DNA from: Methanocaldococcus jannaschii DSM 2661
Lineage (GTDB): Archaea > AGJL01 > Methanococci > Methanococcales > Methanocaldococcaceae
Direction: 5' to 3'
Length of the DNA: 32,000 bases
Assembly (NCBI RefSeq): GCF_000091665.1
Contig: NC_000909.1
Span: forward strand, 623,581-655,580
Shown here: piece after piece, positions 8,639-20,413 of the stretch
How the letters are laid out: each line of letters opens with the position of its first letter
How positions within the stretch are numbered: the first letter of the stretch is position 1
Program-made: the position numbers and the translations under genes
Notes under the pieces: model-generated
What the model was told of the DNA's origin: nothing
The model's database searches: none
Seen by the model: only the letters and a program-made list of their open reading frames with translations

Positions 8639-9856
8639 ATGGAAAATTATAATGACATCCTTGAAAAAATGTTAAATGGAGAAATAAAGCCATATCAATT
8701 AGATAAAATGTTTGGTTCAAAAATAGCAACTGAAATTAGAAGAAAATTTATTGAAAAAAAGGTTGGGATTGAATTTAAGCATATATGCAATTACTCAATA
8801 GATGAAGAAATGGCTATGAAGAAGAATATAGAAAATATGATTGGAGCTATACAGATTCCATTGGGTTTTGCTGGGCCTTTAAAGATAAATGGGGAATATG
8901 CAAAGGGAGAGTTTTACATCCCATTGGCAACAACTGAAGGAGCTTTGGTGGCATCGGTTAATAGGGGTTGCTCAATAATAACAAAATGTGGGGGGGCAAC
9001 TGTTAGGGTTATAGATGATAAGATGACAAGAGCCCCTTGCTTAAAAACAAAGAGTGTTGTAGATGCAATAAAAGTCAGAGATTGGATTAGAGAAAACTTT
9101 GAGAGGATAAAGGAAGTTGCTGAATCAACAACAAGGCATGGAAAGCTAATAAAGATAGAGCCAATTTTAATCGTTGGAAGAAATCTATATCCAAGATTTG
9201 TATTTAAAACTGGAGATGCCATGGGCATGAATATGGTTACAATTGCAACAGAGAAGGCATGTAATTTTATAGAGGGGGAATTAAAAAAAGAAGGCATATT
9301 TGTTAAAACAGTTGCTGTCAGTGGAAATGCATGTGTAGATAAAAAGCCTAGTGGAATGAACTTAATTAATGGTAGAGGGAAATCTATTGTAGCAGAGGTA
9401 TTTTTAACTGAGAAGGAAGTTAATAAATACCTAAAAACCACTTCCCAAGCTATAGCTGAAGTAAATAGGTTAAAGAATTATATAGGTTCAGCAATAAGCA
9501 ATTCAATGGGATTCAATGCCCATTATGCAAATATCATTGGGGCAATATTCTTAGCTACTGGGCAAGATGAGGCACATATAGTTGAGGGTAGTTTAGGAAT
9601 TACAATGGCTGAAGTTGAAGATGATGGATTATATTTTTCAGTAACTCTCCCAGATGTTCCTATTGGGACTGTTGGAGGAGGAACAAGGGTTGAAACACAA
9701 AAAGAGTGCTTAGAGATGCTTGGTTGCTACGGAGATAATAAAGCTTTAAAATTTGCTGAAATTGTTGGAGCTGCAGTTTTAGCTGGGGAGTTATCTTTAT
9801 TAGGAGCTTTAGCAGCTGGACATTTAGGAAAAGCTCATCAAGAACTCGGTAGATAA
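8639..9856 (+). CDS. hmgA: 3-hydroxy-3-methylglutaryl-CoA reductase (class I)
   Basis: It has the motifs TTEGALVAS, GDAMGMNMV and GTVGGGT. The ggtgat Shine-Dalgarno sequence lies upstream of the ATG. Confidence 0.95.
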   Translation: MENYNDILEKMLNGEIKPYQLDKMFGSKIATEIRRKFIEKKVGIEFKHICNYSIDEEMAMKKNIENMIGAIQIPLGFAGPLKINGEYAKGEFYIPLATTEGALVASVNRGCSIITKCGGATVRVIDDKMTRAPCLKTKSVVDAIKVRDWIRENFERIKEVAESTTRHGKLIKIEPILIVGRNLYPRFVFKTGDAMGMNMVTIATEKACNFIEGELKKEGIFVKTVAVSGNACVDKKPSGMNLINGRGKSIVAEVFLTEKEVNKYLKTTSQAIAEVNRLKNYIGSAISNSMGFNAHYANIIGAIFLATGQDEAHIVEGSLGITMAEVEDDGLYFSVTLPDVPIGTVGGGTRVETQKECLEMLGCYGDNKALKFAEIVGAAVLAGELSLLGALAAGHLGKAHQELGR

Positions 9857-9858
9857 TT

Positions 9859-10503
9859 ATGAGAGATGCTTATTTAATGATGGTGCTAATGGACGCATTG
9901 AAAGAGATATTTGATTTAAAAGAAATTCTAAAAAGCCCTATAAGAAATAAGAAAGTTATTTTATTTGTTAGTTTGGTTTTTATCTTATCTTTAGTATTAT
10001 TATATATTTTGGTAGTTAATATAAAGTATTTCTCATATTTAGGAGATATCATCTTCCAAAATTTTCAAAAACATGTTGAAAATCTAAAAATTACGTTAAA
10101 TGAGGATAACTTACATATAATATTAGCAATTTGGAAAAATAACCTAACCGTATGTATTTTAAACTATATCCTTGGGATTTTTTCACTATTTGTTATTGCA
10201 GTTAATTCCTATATCTTATCATACGTGCTTTACAAATTTGGTGCTGAAAGCTTTATCTATTTAGTTTTACCACATGGAATCATTGAAATTCCAGCTTTAA
10301 TACTTTCAGCATCAGGTGGGGTTTTATTTAACATGGGATTAGTTAATTTCTTAATAAATATCAAATTTGGAACTAAAAGAGAGGTTTTATATTACATAAA
10401 AGAGTCTTTAAAGTTGCTCATACTCTCTATAATACTATTCATAGTTGCTGGAATTGTTGAAGGGACTATAACCTTTAAAATAGCCAAAATCATGTTTTCT
10501 TAA
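9859..10503 (+). CDS. SpoIIM-like (DUF95) integral membrane protein
   Basis: 214 aa and multi-TM. The PHGIIEIPALILSASGG motif is typical of the stage II sporulation protein M family. It starts 2 nt after the hmgA stop. Confidence 0.65.
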   Translation: MRDAYLMMVLMDALKEIFDLKEILKSPIRNKKVILFVSLVFILSLVLLYILVVNIKYFSYLGDIIFQNFQKHVENLKITLNEDNLHIILAIWKNNLTVCILNYILGIFSLFVIAVNSYILSYVLYKFGAESFIYLVLPHGIIEIPALILSASGGVLFNMGLVNFLINIKFGTKREVLYYIKESLKLLILSIILFIVAGIVEGTITFKIAKIMFS

Positions 10504-10547
10504 TTGAGTTTTAAGATATAAAAAAGAATAAACAAAAAGTAGCTCGC

Positions 10548-10691
10548 TTATCCTCTTGGTTCTTTTGCTTTTGGTCTTAAACCTTTGTATCCACACTTTC
10601 TACACTTTGTAGCTCTCCAAGGGTTTCTTGCATTACATCTCATACAAATCTTTTTCATAAATAACCTTTTCATTGCTTCTTCAAATGGCAT
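10548..10691 (-). CDS. rpl40e: 50S ribosomal protein L40e (47 aa; below the ORF-track length cut-off)
   Basis: My manual minus-strand translation gives [47 protein letters not shown]-stop. It has the C-x2-C...C-x2-C zinc ribbon of L40e. An aggtgag Shine-Dalgarno sequence lies upstream and an oligo-T tract downstream. Confidence 0.9.
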   Translation of the reverse strand: MPFEEAMKRLFMKKICMRCNARNPWRATKCRKCGYKGLRPKAKEPRG

Positions 10692-10840
10692 TCTCTCACC
10701 TACAGATTTTTAATAAACATATTAAAACTTTTTAAAACTTTTTATATGTTTTTATGTTTTTTGACAGATTTAAATTTTAGTTATATATTTTACTTTTGGA
10801 ACTTTAGATGCCCTTTAGGCAGCAATAATCAATAGAATAT

Positions 10841-11359
10841 TTATTTCCTGAGAAAGTCCTGCTGAATTTCCACAACTTCCATTGAATTTTTAGCATTTGA
10901 GTATCTTTCTAATAATTCATAATTAACCTTTATAAATGTTTCTGCCCATTTAAAACAGGAGGTTAAATCCCAAGCTTCATCCTTAAAGTTAGTTATATAT
11001 AAAGCGGCAATAAAAGCTTCCAATGTTGAAAGCATGCATGGCTTTCCATAATTTATAGGGTTGCATGCAACTAAAAACGGTAGAGACCTTTGATTTTTAA
11101 ATTTAAATTTCTTAAACATTAACTCCGCTTCTTTCCATGAACAATCTAAAGCAGTTATTCCAAACTTTTCCACTATCTCTTTATCTTCTGGAGATAGAGC
11201 TTTTTCAGCGTAAGGATTCAGTATTAAAGAGTTTTTTGGAACTTTATAAGGATTTTTTAACAAAATGGCTTTATTCATCTTAGCCATTTTTAAGGATGTG
11301 CATTTTTTTGGATTGCACTGATTTGCATGATATATGAAAAGCTTCGGCATTGTTATCAC
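10841..11359 (-). CDS. tsr3: 16S rRNA aminocarboxypropyltransferase Tsr3 (DUF367 with an RLI-type N-terminal domain)
   Basis: The N-terminal ANQCNPKKCTSLKM matches the C-x-PKKC motif also seen in ABCE1 in this window (DRCQPKKCSMEC). The DCSWKEAE and ACNPINYGKP segments are typical of Tsr3. The likely start is the second ATG at 11350. Confidence 0.8.
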   Translation of the reverse strand: MITMPKLFIYHANQCNPKKCTSLKMAKMNKAILLKNPYKVPKNSLILNPYAEKALSPEDKEIVEKFGITALDCSWKEAELMFKKFKFKNQRSLPFLVACNPINYGKPCMLSTLEAFIAALYITNFKDEAWDLTSCFKWAETFIKVNYELLERYSNAKNSMEVVEIQQDFLRK

Positions 11360-11434
11360 AATTTTGTGAAATGGTAAAGAAAATTAAGTTGTATAAGTAG
11401 TATTTATTTTTTACTGTTATTGTGGTGATAGACG

Positions 11435-12787
11435 ATGAAAAATGTTGAAATATTGTTGGATGACCCAAAAAAAGCAGTAATTGAAGTATCAAAGCCAATA
11501 ATTGTTGCTACATTCATTGAATCAATCTATAGCTTAGTTGATAGTATCTGGGTTTCTGGATTGGGGGCAGATGCATTAGCTGCTGTGGGAGCGAGTTTTC
11601 CAATATTAATTAGCATATATGCAGTTAGTTGGGGTTTGAGTATTGGGATTAGCTCTGGAATAGCAAGAAGAGTTGGAGCAAAAAATAAAGAAGAAGCTGA
11701 TAAAGTAGCAAATCATGCAATTATTTTAGCTTTAATTGCTGGAATTTTGTATATTATAGCTGTATATCCAAATCTTGATACGCTATTTAGCTTAATGGGA
11801 ACCTATGGAGATTGTAAGTCATTAGCTATAAAATACTCCAGCATACTGGTTTTAGGAACTGTTATATTTACAATCTGCGATGCGTTATATGGGATATTTA
11901 GGGGGGAGGGAAATACAAAGATAGTTATGATAGCAAGCGTTATAGGCACTTTAACAAACATCATCTTAGACCCGATATTCATCTATATGCTAAATTTAGG
12001 GATAAGTGGGGCAAGTTATGCTACTTTGATAGCTATAATTATATCTCTCTTAATTTTAGCTTATGAGCTGTTTATAAAAAAATCATGTTATGTTACAGTT
12101 AAATTATCAAAATTTAAACCTGATTTAAAGATTATAGCCGATTTAATTAGAGTTGGAATTCCTTCAGCATTGATAGAGATTACTGTTGCAGTATCATTTT
12201 TTATAATGACTTCAATAATTATGATGGTTGGAGATAGTAGAGGTTTAGCTGTCTATACTGGAGCTTTAAGAATAACAGAGTTTGGCTTTATTCCAATGTT
12301 AGGTTTGGCAAGTGGAGCTACTTCAGTTATAGGAGCCACTTACGGAGCAAGGAGTTTTGAAAAATTAAAAACAGCTTATTTTTACACAATAAAAATTGGG
12401 GTTTTAATGGAAATTATTATAGTTGCTTTAATAATGCTCTTATCCCCAATCTTAGCTTATCTATTTACTTACACAAAAACCTCAATGGGAATTCATGAAG
12501 AACTTGTTAAAGCTTTAAGAATAGTTCCATTATATTTACTATTTACACCATTTATTTTAACAACATCCGCAATGTTCCAAGGAATTGGTAAAGGAGAAAA
12601 ATCATTAATAATTTCCATATTTAGGTCGCTAATATGTCATATATCCTATGCTTATCTATTTGCAGTAATATTGGGATTAGGAATGTTTGGAATATATAGC
12701 GGCTTAGTGGTTGGAGAATTTACAGCTGGAATTTTTGCATTTCTATTTGGAGTTTTAGCTATAAAAGCATTAATAAAATCTAAATAA
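11435..12787 (+). CDS. MATE-family multidrug/oligosaccharidyl-lipid efflux transporter
   Basis: 450 aa with ~12 TM helices. It has the internally duplicated 6+6 architecture and the N-terminal pattern P.i....ie..y.lvD..wv typical of MATE proteins. Confidence 0.8.
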
Positions 12788-12813
12788 AATTAAAAATATT
12801 TTGAGGGGTAATT

Positions 12814-13869
12814 ATGATTGGATATGTTTTAAATGGAGAGCATGAAGAAATCCCTTATGGAGAACTTATGGCATTATTAGAAATTTTTAATTACAATGGA
12901 AGTGTTGAGAGATTAAAAAGATACGTTATAACTGAAGATAGTCCTGCCAAAGATATCGTTAAAAGAAGTGGGTATATAGATGAGGGGCATAGGATAATAT
13001 TTAGATACAATTTAGAAGAAAAAAGTGTAGATTTAGTAGATAAAATTGTCAATGATTTTATAAACTCATTTAAAGATTTTGTAGCAAATATTGATTATCC
13101 AGATATTGATGAGAGTAAATCTTATGCCGTTAGAGTTTTAAAACTTCATAAAGATGAATTTACAAAATCTATAGACTCATTAAGAATTGAGAAGGAAATT
13201 GGAGGGATTATAAAATTAAAAACCAATGCAAAAGTAAATTTAACAAAACCAGATATATTAGTTAGAGTTGTTATTTTAGAAAACACATTTTTTATTTCCA
13301 ATGTATTAGAGATGAGAGATAGGGAATACTTCCAAAAGAATAGGCCACATTTAAGAAAATACTTCCATCCGGGTTGTATGCTTCCAAAACTTGCAAGAGC
13401 TATGGTAAATCTAGCAAGAGTTAAAGAAGGAGATATTGTCTTAGACCCATTCTGTGGGACTGGAGGGTTTTTAATTGAGGCTGGTTTAATCGGAGCTAAG
13501 CTTATTGGTTGTGATATAGATTGGAGAATGGCTTCTGGAACTTTAATCAACCTTGAAGAATACAACCTATTAGATAAAGTGATAAAAGTTAAAAGATTAG
13601 ATGCCAAATACGTAAAAGAGTTTTTAAATGAACTAAATATAGAAAAAGTCGATGCCATTGTAACAGACCCGCCTTATGGAATATCTACAGCAAAAAAGGG
13701 AGAGATTGAAAAGATATTAGAAACTCTTCCAGAGGTCATTAAAGATAACGGCTACTTTGTTTTTGCATACCCAAAAAAGATAGAGCTTGATATGGAATTA
13801 GAGGGACTCTACAAGGTATATATCCATAAAGGGCTGATTAGACACATCCATGTTTATAAGAAAATCTAA
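12814..13869 (+). CDS. THUMP-domain tRNA (guanine-N2)-methyltransferase (Trm-G10/Trm11-like)
   Basis: It has an N-terminal THUMP-like region. The class I SAM-binding motif is VLDPFCGTGGFLIEAG, and the N-methyltransferase catalytic motif is DPPYG. Confidence 0.8.
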   Translation: MIGYVLNGEHEEIPYGELMALLEIFNYNGSVERLKRYVITEDSPAKDIVKRSGYIDEGHRIIFRYNLEEKSVDLVDKIVNDFINSFKDFVANIDYPDIDESKSYAVRVLKLHKDEFTKSIDSLRIEKEIGGIIKLKTNAKVNLTKPDILVRVVILENTFFISNVLEMRDREYFQKNRPHLRKYFHPGCMLPKLARAMVNLARVKEGDIVLDPFCGTGGFLIEAGLIGAKLIGCDIDWRMASGTLINLEEYNLLDKVIKVKRLDAKYVKEFLNELNIEKVDAIVTDPPYGISTAKKGEIEKILETLPEVIKDNGYFVFAYPKKIELDMELEGLYKVYIHKGLIRHIHVYKKI

Positions 13870-13957
13870 TATTATTACATTTACTAAAAATATTTATGAA
13901 AATTTATGAAAAATTAATTAAATTGTAAGTCAAATATTTAAATACCTAACCGAAAAG

Positions 13958-13965
13958 TTTATATA
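13958..13965 (+). promoter_or_regulatory. TATA box (tttatata) with an upstream purine-rich BRE-like cgaaaag; promoter of the tRNA cluster
   Basis: This is a consensus archaeal box A. It lies about 38 nt upstream of the mature tRNA-Phe 5' end at 14003. Confidence 0.6.
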
Positions 13966-14002
13966 CCTGAAATGTAATGCATAATTATGCAAACATTTGG
14001 GT

Positions 14003-14079
14003 GCCGCGGTAGTTCAGCCTGGGAGAACGCTGGACTGAAGATCCAGTTGTCGGGTGTTCAAATCACCCCCGCGGCACCA
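14003..14079 (+). tRNA. tRNA-Phe (GAA), CCA encoded
   Basis: The acceptor stem gccgcgg/ccgcggc is present. The anticodon arm is ctgga-ctGAAga-tccag, and the T loop is ttcaaat. Confidence 0.95.
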
Positions 14080-14086
14080 TTGATGT

Positions 14087-14162
14087 GCCCCCATAGCTCA
14101 GATGGTAGAGCGACGGACTGTTAATCCGTAGGTCGCAGGTTCGAGTCCTGCTGGGGGCGCCA
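14087..14162 (+). tRNA. tRNA-Asn (GTT), CCA encoded
   Basis: The acceptor stem gccccca/tgggggc is present. The anticodon loop is ctGTTaa and the T loop is ttcgagt. Confidence 0.95.
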
Positions 14163-14191
14163 TTAATTTTTTATTTTTTTATACCCAATAT

Positions 14192-14269
14192 GGGCCCGTA
14201 GCTCAGCCTGGTCAGAGCGCTCGGCTCATAACCGAGTGGTCAAGGGTTCAAATCCCTTCGGGCCCACCA
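14192..14269 (+). tRNA. tRNA with a CAT anticodon (elongator Met or agmatidine-modified Ile2), CCA encoded
   Basis: The acceptor stem gggcccg/cgggccc is present and the anticodon loop is ctCATaa. It is not an initiator, since it lacks the AGCGGG-type 5' end. Confidence 0.9.
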
Positions 14270-14287
14270 TATTAAAATCACTAATTA

Positions 14288-14362
14288 GCTCCGGTGGTGT
14301 AGTCCGGCCAATCATGCGGGCCTTTCGAGCCCGCGACCCGGGTTCAAATCCCGGCCGGAGCA
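14288..14362 (+). tRNA. tRNA-Glu (TTC), no encoded CCA
   Basis: The acceptor stem gctccgg/ccggagc is present. The anticodon arm is cgggc-ctTTCga-gcccg. Confidence 0.95.
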
Positions 14363-14401
14363 TCATTCGTCCTATTTTAAGATAATTAAGAATATATATG
14401 T

Positions 14402-14489
14402 GCAGGGGTCGCCAAGCCTGGCCAAAGGCGCTGGGCCTAGGACCCAGTCCCGTAGGGGTTCCAGGGTTCAAATCCCTGCCCCTGCACCA
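14402..14489 (+). tRNA. tRNA-Leu (TAG), long variable arm, CCA encoded
   Basis: The acceptor stem gcagggg/cccctgc is present. The anticodon loop is ccTAGga. It is 88 nt long with an extra arm. Confidence 0.95.
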
Positions 14490-14499
14490 TAGGTAAAGT

Positions 14500-14572
14500 G
14501 GCCGGGGTGGGGTAGTGGCCATCCTGGGGGACTGTGGATCCCCTGACCCGGGTTCAATTCCCGGTCCCGGCC
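14500..14572 (+). tRNA. tRNA-His (GTG) with a genome-encoded G-1
   Basis: G-1 (14500) lies opposite discriminator C. The anticodon arm is gggga-ctGTGga-tcccc. Confidence 0.9.
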
Positions 14573-14573
14573 C

Positions 14574-14589
14574 TTTTTTATTTTTTTTC
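14574..14589 (+). terminator. Oligo-T terminator after the tRNA cluster
   Basis: ttttttattttttttc follows tRNA-His immediately. Archaeal termination occurs at T-runs. Confidence 0.6.
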
Positions 14590-14649
14590 AACCTTAATTG
14601 TTCTATTCCTAAAAACGTTGCATGTAACAACCTCCTGTTATTGGATGCA

Positions 14650-14754
14650 CTTGAAATAGGGCTTACGCGGGTAAGTTTCCTATTGGAATAAATGATGCCC
14701 TTTAGGGCTTCAAAATTCCAAATTCAATAAAATAATGCGTAAGCCCTATTTAAG
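14650..14754. repeat. ~105-bp nested inverted-repeat element (MITE-like or a structured leader) upstream of the 16S gene
   Basis: cttgaaatagggcttacgc (14650-14668) is complementary to gcgtaagccctatttaag (14737-14754): 15 contiguous bp plus 2-3 more. Inside lie ttggaat/attccaa (14683-14689 with 14715-21) and gccc-ttta-gggc (14697-14708). ggatgc flanks both ends (14643-48 and 14754-59). Confidence 0.6.
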
Positions 14755-14784
14755 GATGCGTCCCCAATCCGAAGGGTTGGGGCT

Positions 14785-14827
14785 GAGGCAAGCCCACGAC
14801 TGGTGGTGAAACCCCGCAGCAACCAGC
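14785..14827 (+). other. 5' arm of the 16S rRNA processing stem (bulge-helix-bulge)
   Basis: gaggcaagcccacgactggt pairs perfectly (20 bp) with 16384-16403. ccccgcagcaaccagc pairs (16 bp) with 16362-16377. The central ggtg/cacc 4-bp helix, flanked by staggered aaa and aa bulges, forms a BHB motif. Confidence 0.85.
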
Positions 14828-14871
14828 CGCAAGAAAGGTTTATCCTTTCTTGCGACCGTACCTCCCACTTA

Positions 14872-16350
<1,479 letters not shown>

Positions 16351-16361
16351 GAGAAAAAAGC

Positions 16362-16403
16362 GCTGGTTGCTGCGGGGCACCAAACCAGTCGTGGGCTTGC
16401 CTC
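16362..16403 (+). other. 3' arm of the 16S rRNA processing stem
   Basis: It is complementary to 14785-14827, as described for the 5' arm. Confidence 0.85.
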
Positions 16404-16414
16404 ATAGGGAAAGT

Positions 16415-16487
16415 GGGCCCGTAGCTCAGCTGGGAGAGCGCCGGCCTTGCAAGCCGGAGGCCGTGGGTTCAAATCCCACCGGGTCCA
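16415..16487 (+). tRNA. tRNA-Ala (TGC) in the 16S-23S spacer, no encoded CCA
   Basis: The anticodon loop is ttTGCaa. The acceptor stem gggcccg/cgggtcc carries the G3:U70 alanine identity pair. Confidence 0.95.
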
Positions 16488-16535
16488 CTATATATGCAGC
16501 CTGCAACTCCAAAGAGTTGCAGGTGAAGGGCCTGA

Positions 16536-16629
16536 TACGGGACTTTCGCAGGAAATAATTTTTATTTGGTAATTGATGCTTTCAGCATCTCACTACCTTA
16601 TAAATATTACAAACTGCGAAAGTCCCGTA
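16536..16629 (+). other. 16-bp perfect helix enclosing a 62-nt AT-rich insert with a TATA-like box, inside the 16S-23S spacer
   Basis: tacgggactttcgcag (16536-16551) pairs with ctgcgaaagtcccgta (16614-16629). The interior contains the hairpin gatgc-tttca-gcatc (16575-16589) and cttataaatatt (16598-16609). Confidence 0.7.
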
Positions 16630-16638
16630 AAAACATGA

Positions 16639-16663
16639 GGGCCATGCATAGGCTTCCACATCC
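16639..16663 (+). other. 5' arm of the 23S rRNA processing stem
   Basis: gggccatgcataggcttccacatcc is perfectly complementary (25 bp) to 19702-19726. It is followed by the same cggtgaaa motif seen in the 16S BHB. Confidence 0.85.
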
Positions 16664-16665
16664 CG

Positions 16666-19697
<3,032 letters not shown>

Positions 19698-19701
19698 AAG
19701 C

Positions 19702-19726
19702 GGATGTGGAAGCCTATGCATGGCCC
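19702..19726 (+). other. 3' arm of the 23S rRNA processing stem
   Basis: It is complementary to 16639-16663. Confidence 0.85.
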
Positions 19727-19749
19727 AAAAAAAGGCACCATTTATTTCT

Positions 19750-19869
19750 TGGTACGGCGGTCATAGCGGGGGGGCCACACCCGAACCCATCCCGAACTCG
19801 GAAGTTAAGCCCCCCAGCGATGCCCCGAGTACTGCCATCTGGCGGGAAAGGGGCGACACCGCCGGCCAC
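19750..19869 (+). rRNA. rrf: 5S ribosomal RNA
   Basis: The sequence runs tggtacggcggtcatagcggggggg...ccgaactcggaagttaagcc...ccgccggccac. Terminal helix pairing is present, and the length is about 120 nt. Confidence 0.93.
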
Positions 19870-19882
19870 TTTTTATTATTTT
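19870..19882 (+). terminator. Oligo-T terminator of the rRNA operon
   Basis: tttttattatttt follows the 5S gene immediately. Confidence 0.55.
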
Positions 19883-19893
19883 AGAAAATAACA

Positions 19894-19901
19894 TTTATAT
19901 A
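19894..19901 (+). promoter_or_regulatory. TATA box (tttatata) for RNase P RNA
   Basis: This consensus box A is centred about 23 nt upstream of the first base of the P1 helix (19920). Confidence 0.65.
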
Positions 19902-19919
19902 TTCAAATCTTAAAGTTAA

Positions 19920-20187
19920 GCGGGTAAGGGGGCTGGTGACTTTCCCCTCTTTAAGAGGGGAGGAAGTTCCGCCCACCCCATTTATGGGCAGCGTCCCCTG
20001 AGAAGGGGCGGGAGATGCAGCAGAAACGACACGGCTCCGGAAGAGATGACGATGATAGTGAAAGTTGAGGACTTCCGGAGAACCGGTGAAACGGGCATCT
20101 CCCCTGCCCGGGGTGCAAGCCGGTTTCGGCGCTTAGCCGAATGTCACCGAAATTACAGAAGGCGGGCTATAGCCCCCATACCCGCAC
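19920..20187 (+). ncRNA. rnpB: RNase P RNA (archaeal type M)
   Basis: The P1 helix forms between gcgggtaaggggg (19920-) and cccccatacccgc (-20185). The P2 helix forms between ggtgac (19935-40) and gtcacc (20143-48). A CR-I-like ggaggaagttcc lies at 19959-19970, and a CR-V-like acagaaggcgggctatag at 20155-20172. The gene is GC-rich and followed by a T-run. It matches my recollection of the M. jannaschii RNase P RNA. Confidence 0.9.
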
Positions 20188-20197
20188 TATTTTTTAT
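20188..20197 (+). terminator. Oligo-T terminator after RNase P RNA
   Basis: tattttttat follows the P1 3' strand immediately. Confidence 0.5.
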
Positions 20198-20413
20198 AGA
20201 ATTTTCGCAGTTTTATATTAACTTCGTGGAATTTAGATGCTCAAAGGGCATCAATTTTCTCTAAAATTTTATTCCTGCAAAAGTTCTATATTTTTTTAAT
20301 TATTAATCAATGAACTTAAATTAATAAATATAAATTATTTTATCTAAATTAAAGGTTTTTATATATCAAAAAGTAAAATTAAATTTAAAAAAGAGATTAA
20401 AAATTGGGAGAAA

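Noticed and set aside
13890-13915. Direct repeat atttatgaaa atttatgaaa downstream of the methyltransferase gene
   Set aside because: It is a two-copy 10-mer in extremely AT-rich intergenic DNA with no associated structure or conservation signal. It is probably slippage noise near the tRNA promoter.
14271-14280. attaaaatca between tRNA(CAT) and tRNA-Glu matches the first 10 nt of the CRISPR repeat in transcript orientation
   Set aside because: Only 10 AT-rich nucleotides match, the rest of the repeat is absent and there is no second copy. Chance is expected in this composition.
16575-16589. Hairpins at 16575-89 and 22480-98 share the core gc-tttca-gc, and a recurrent gatgc pentamer occurs near several hairpins (10808, 14644, 14694, 14755, 20236)
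   Set aside because: A shared 9-mer or 5-mer is expected many times by chance in 64 kb of two-strand sequence. There is no extended similarity between the sites.
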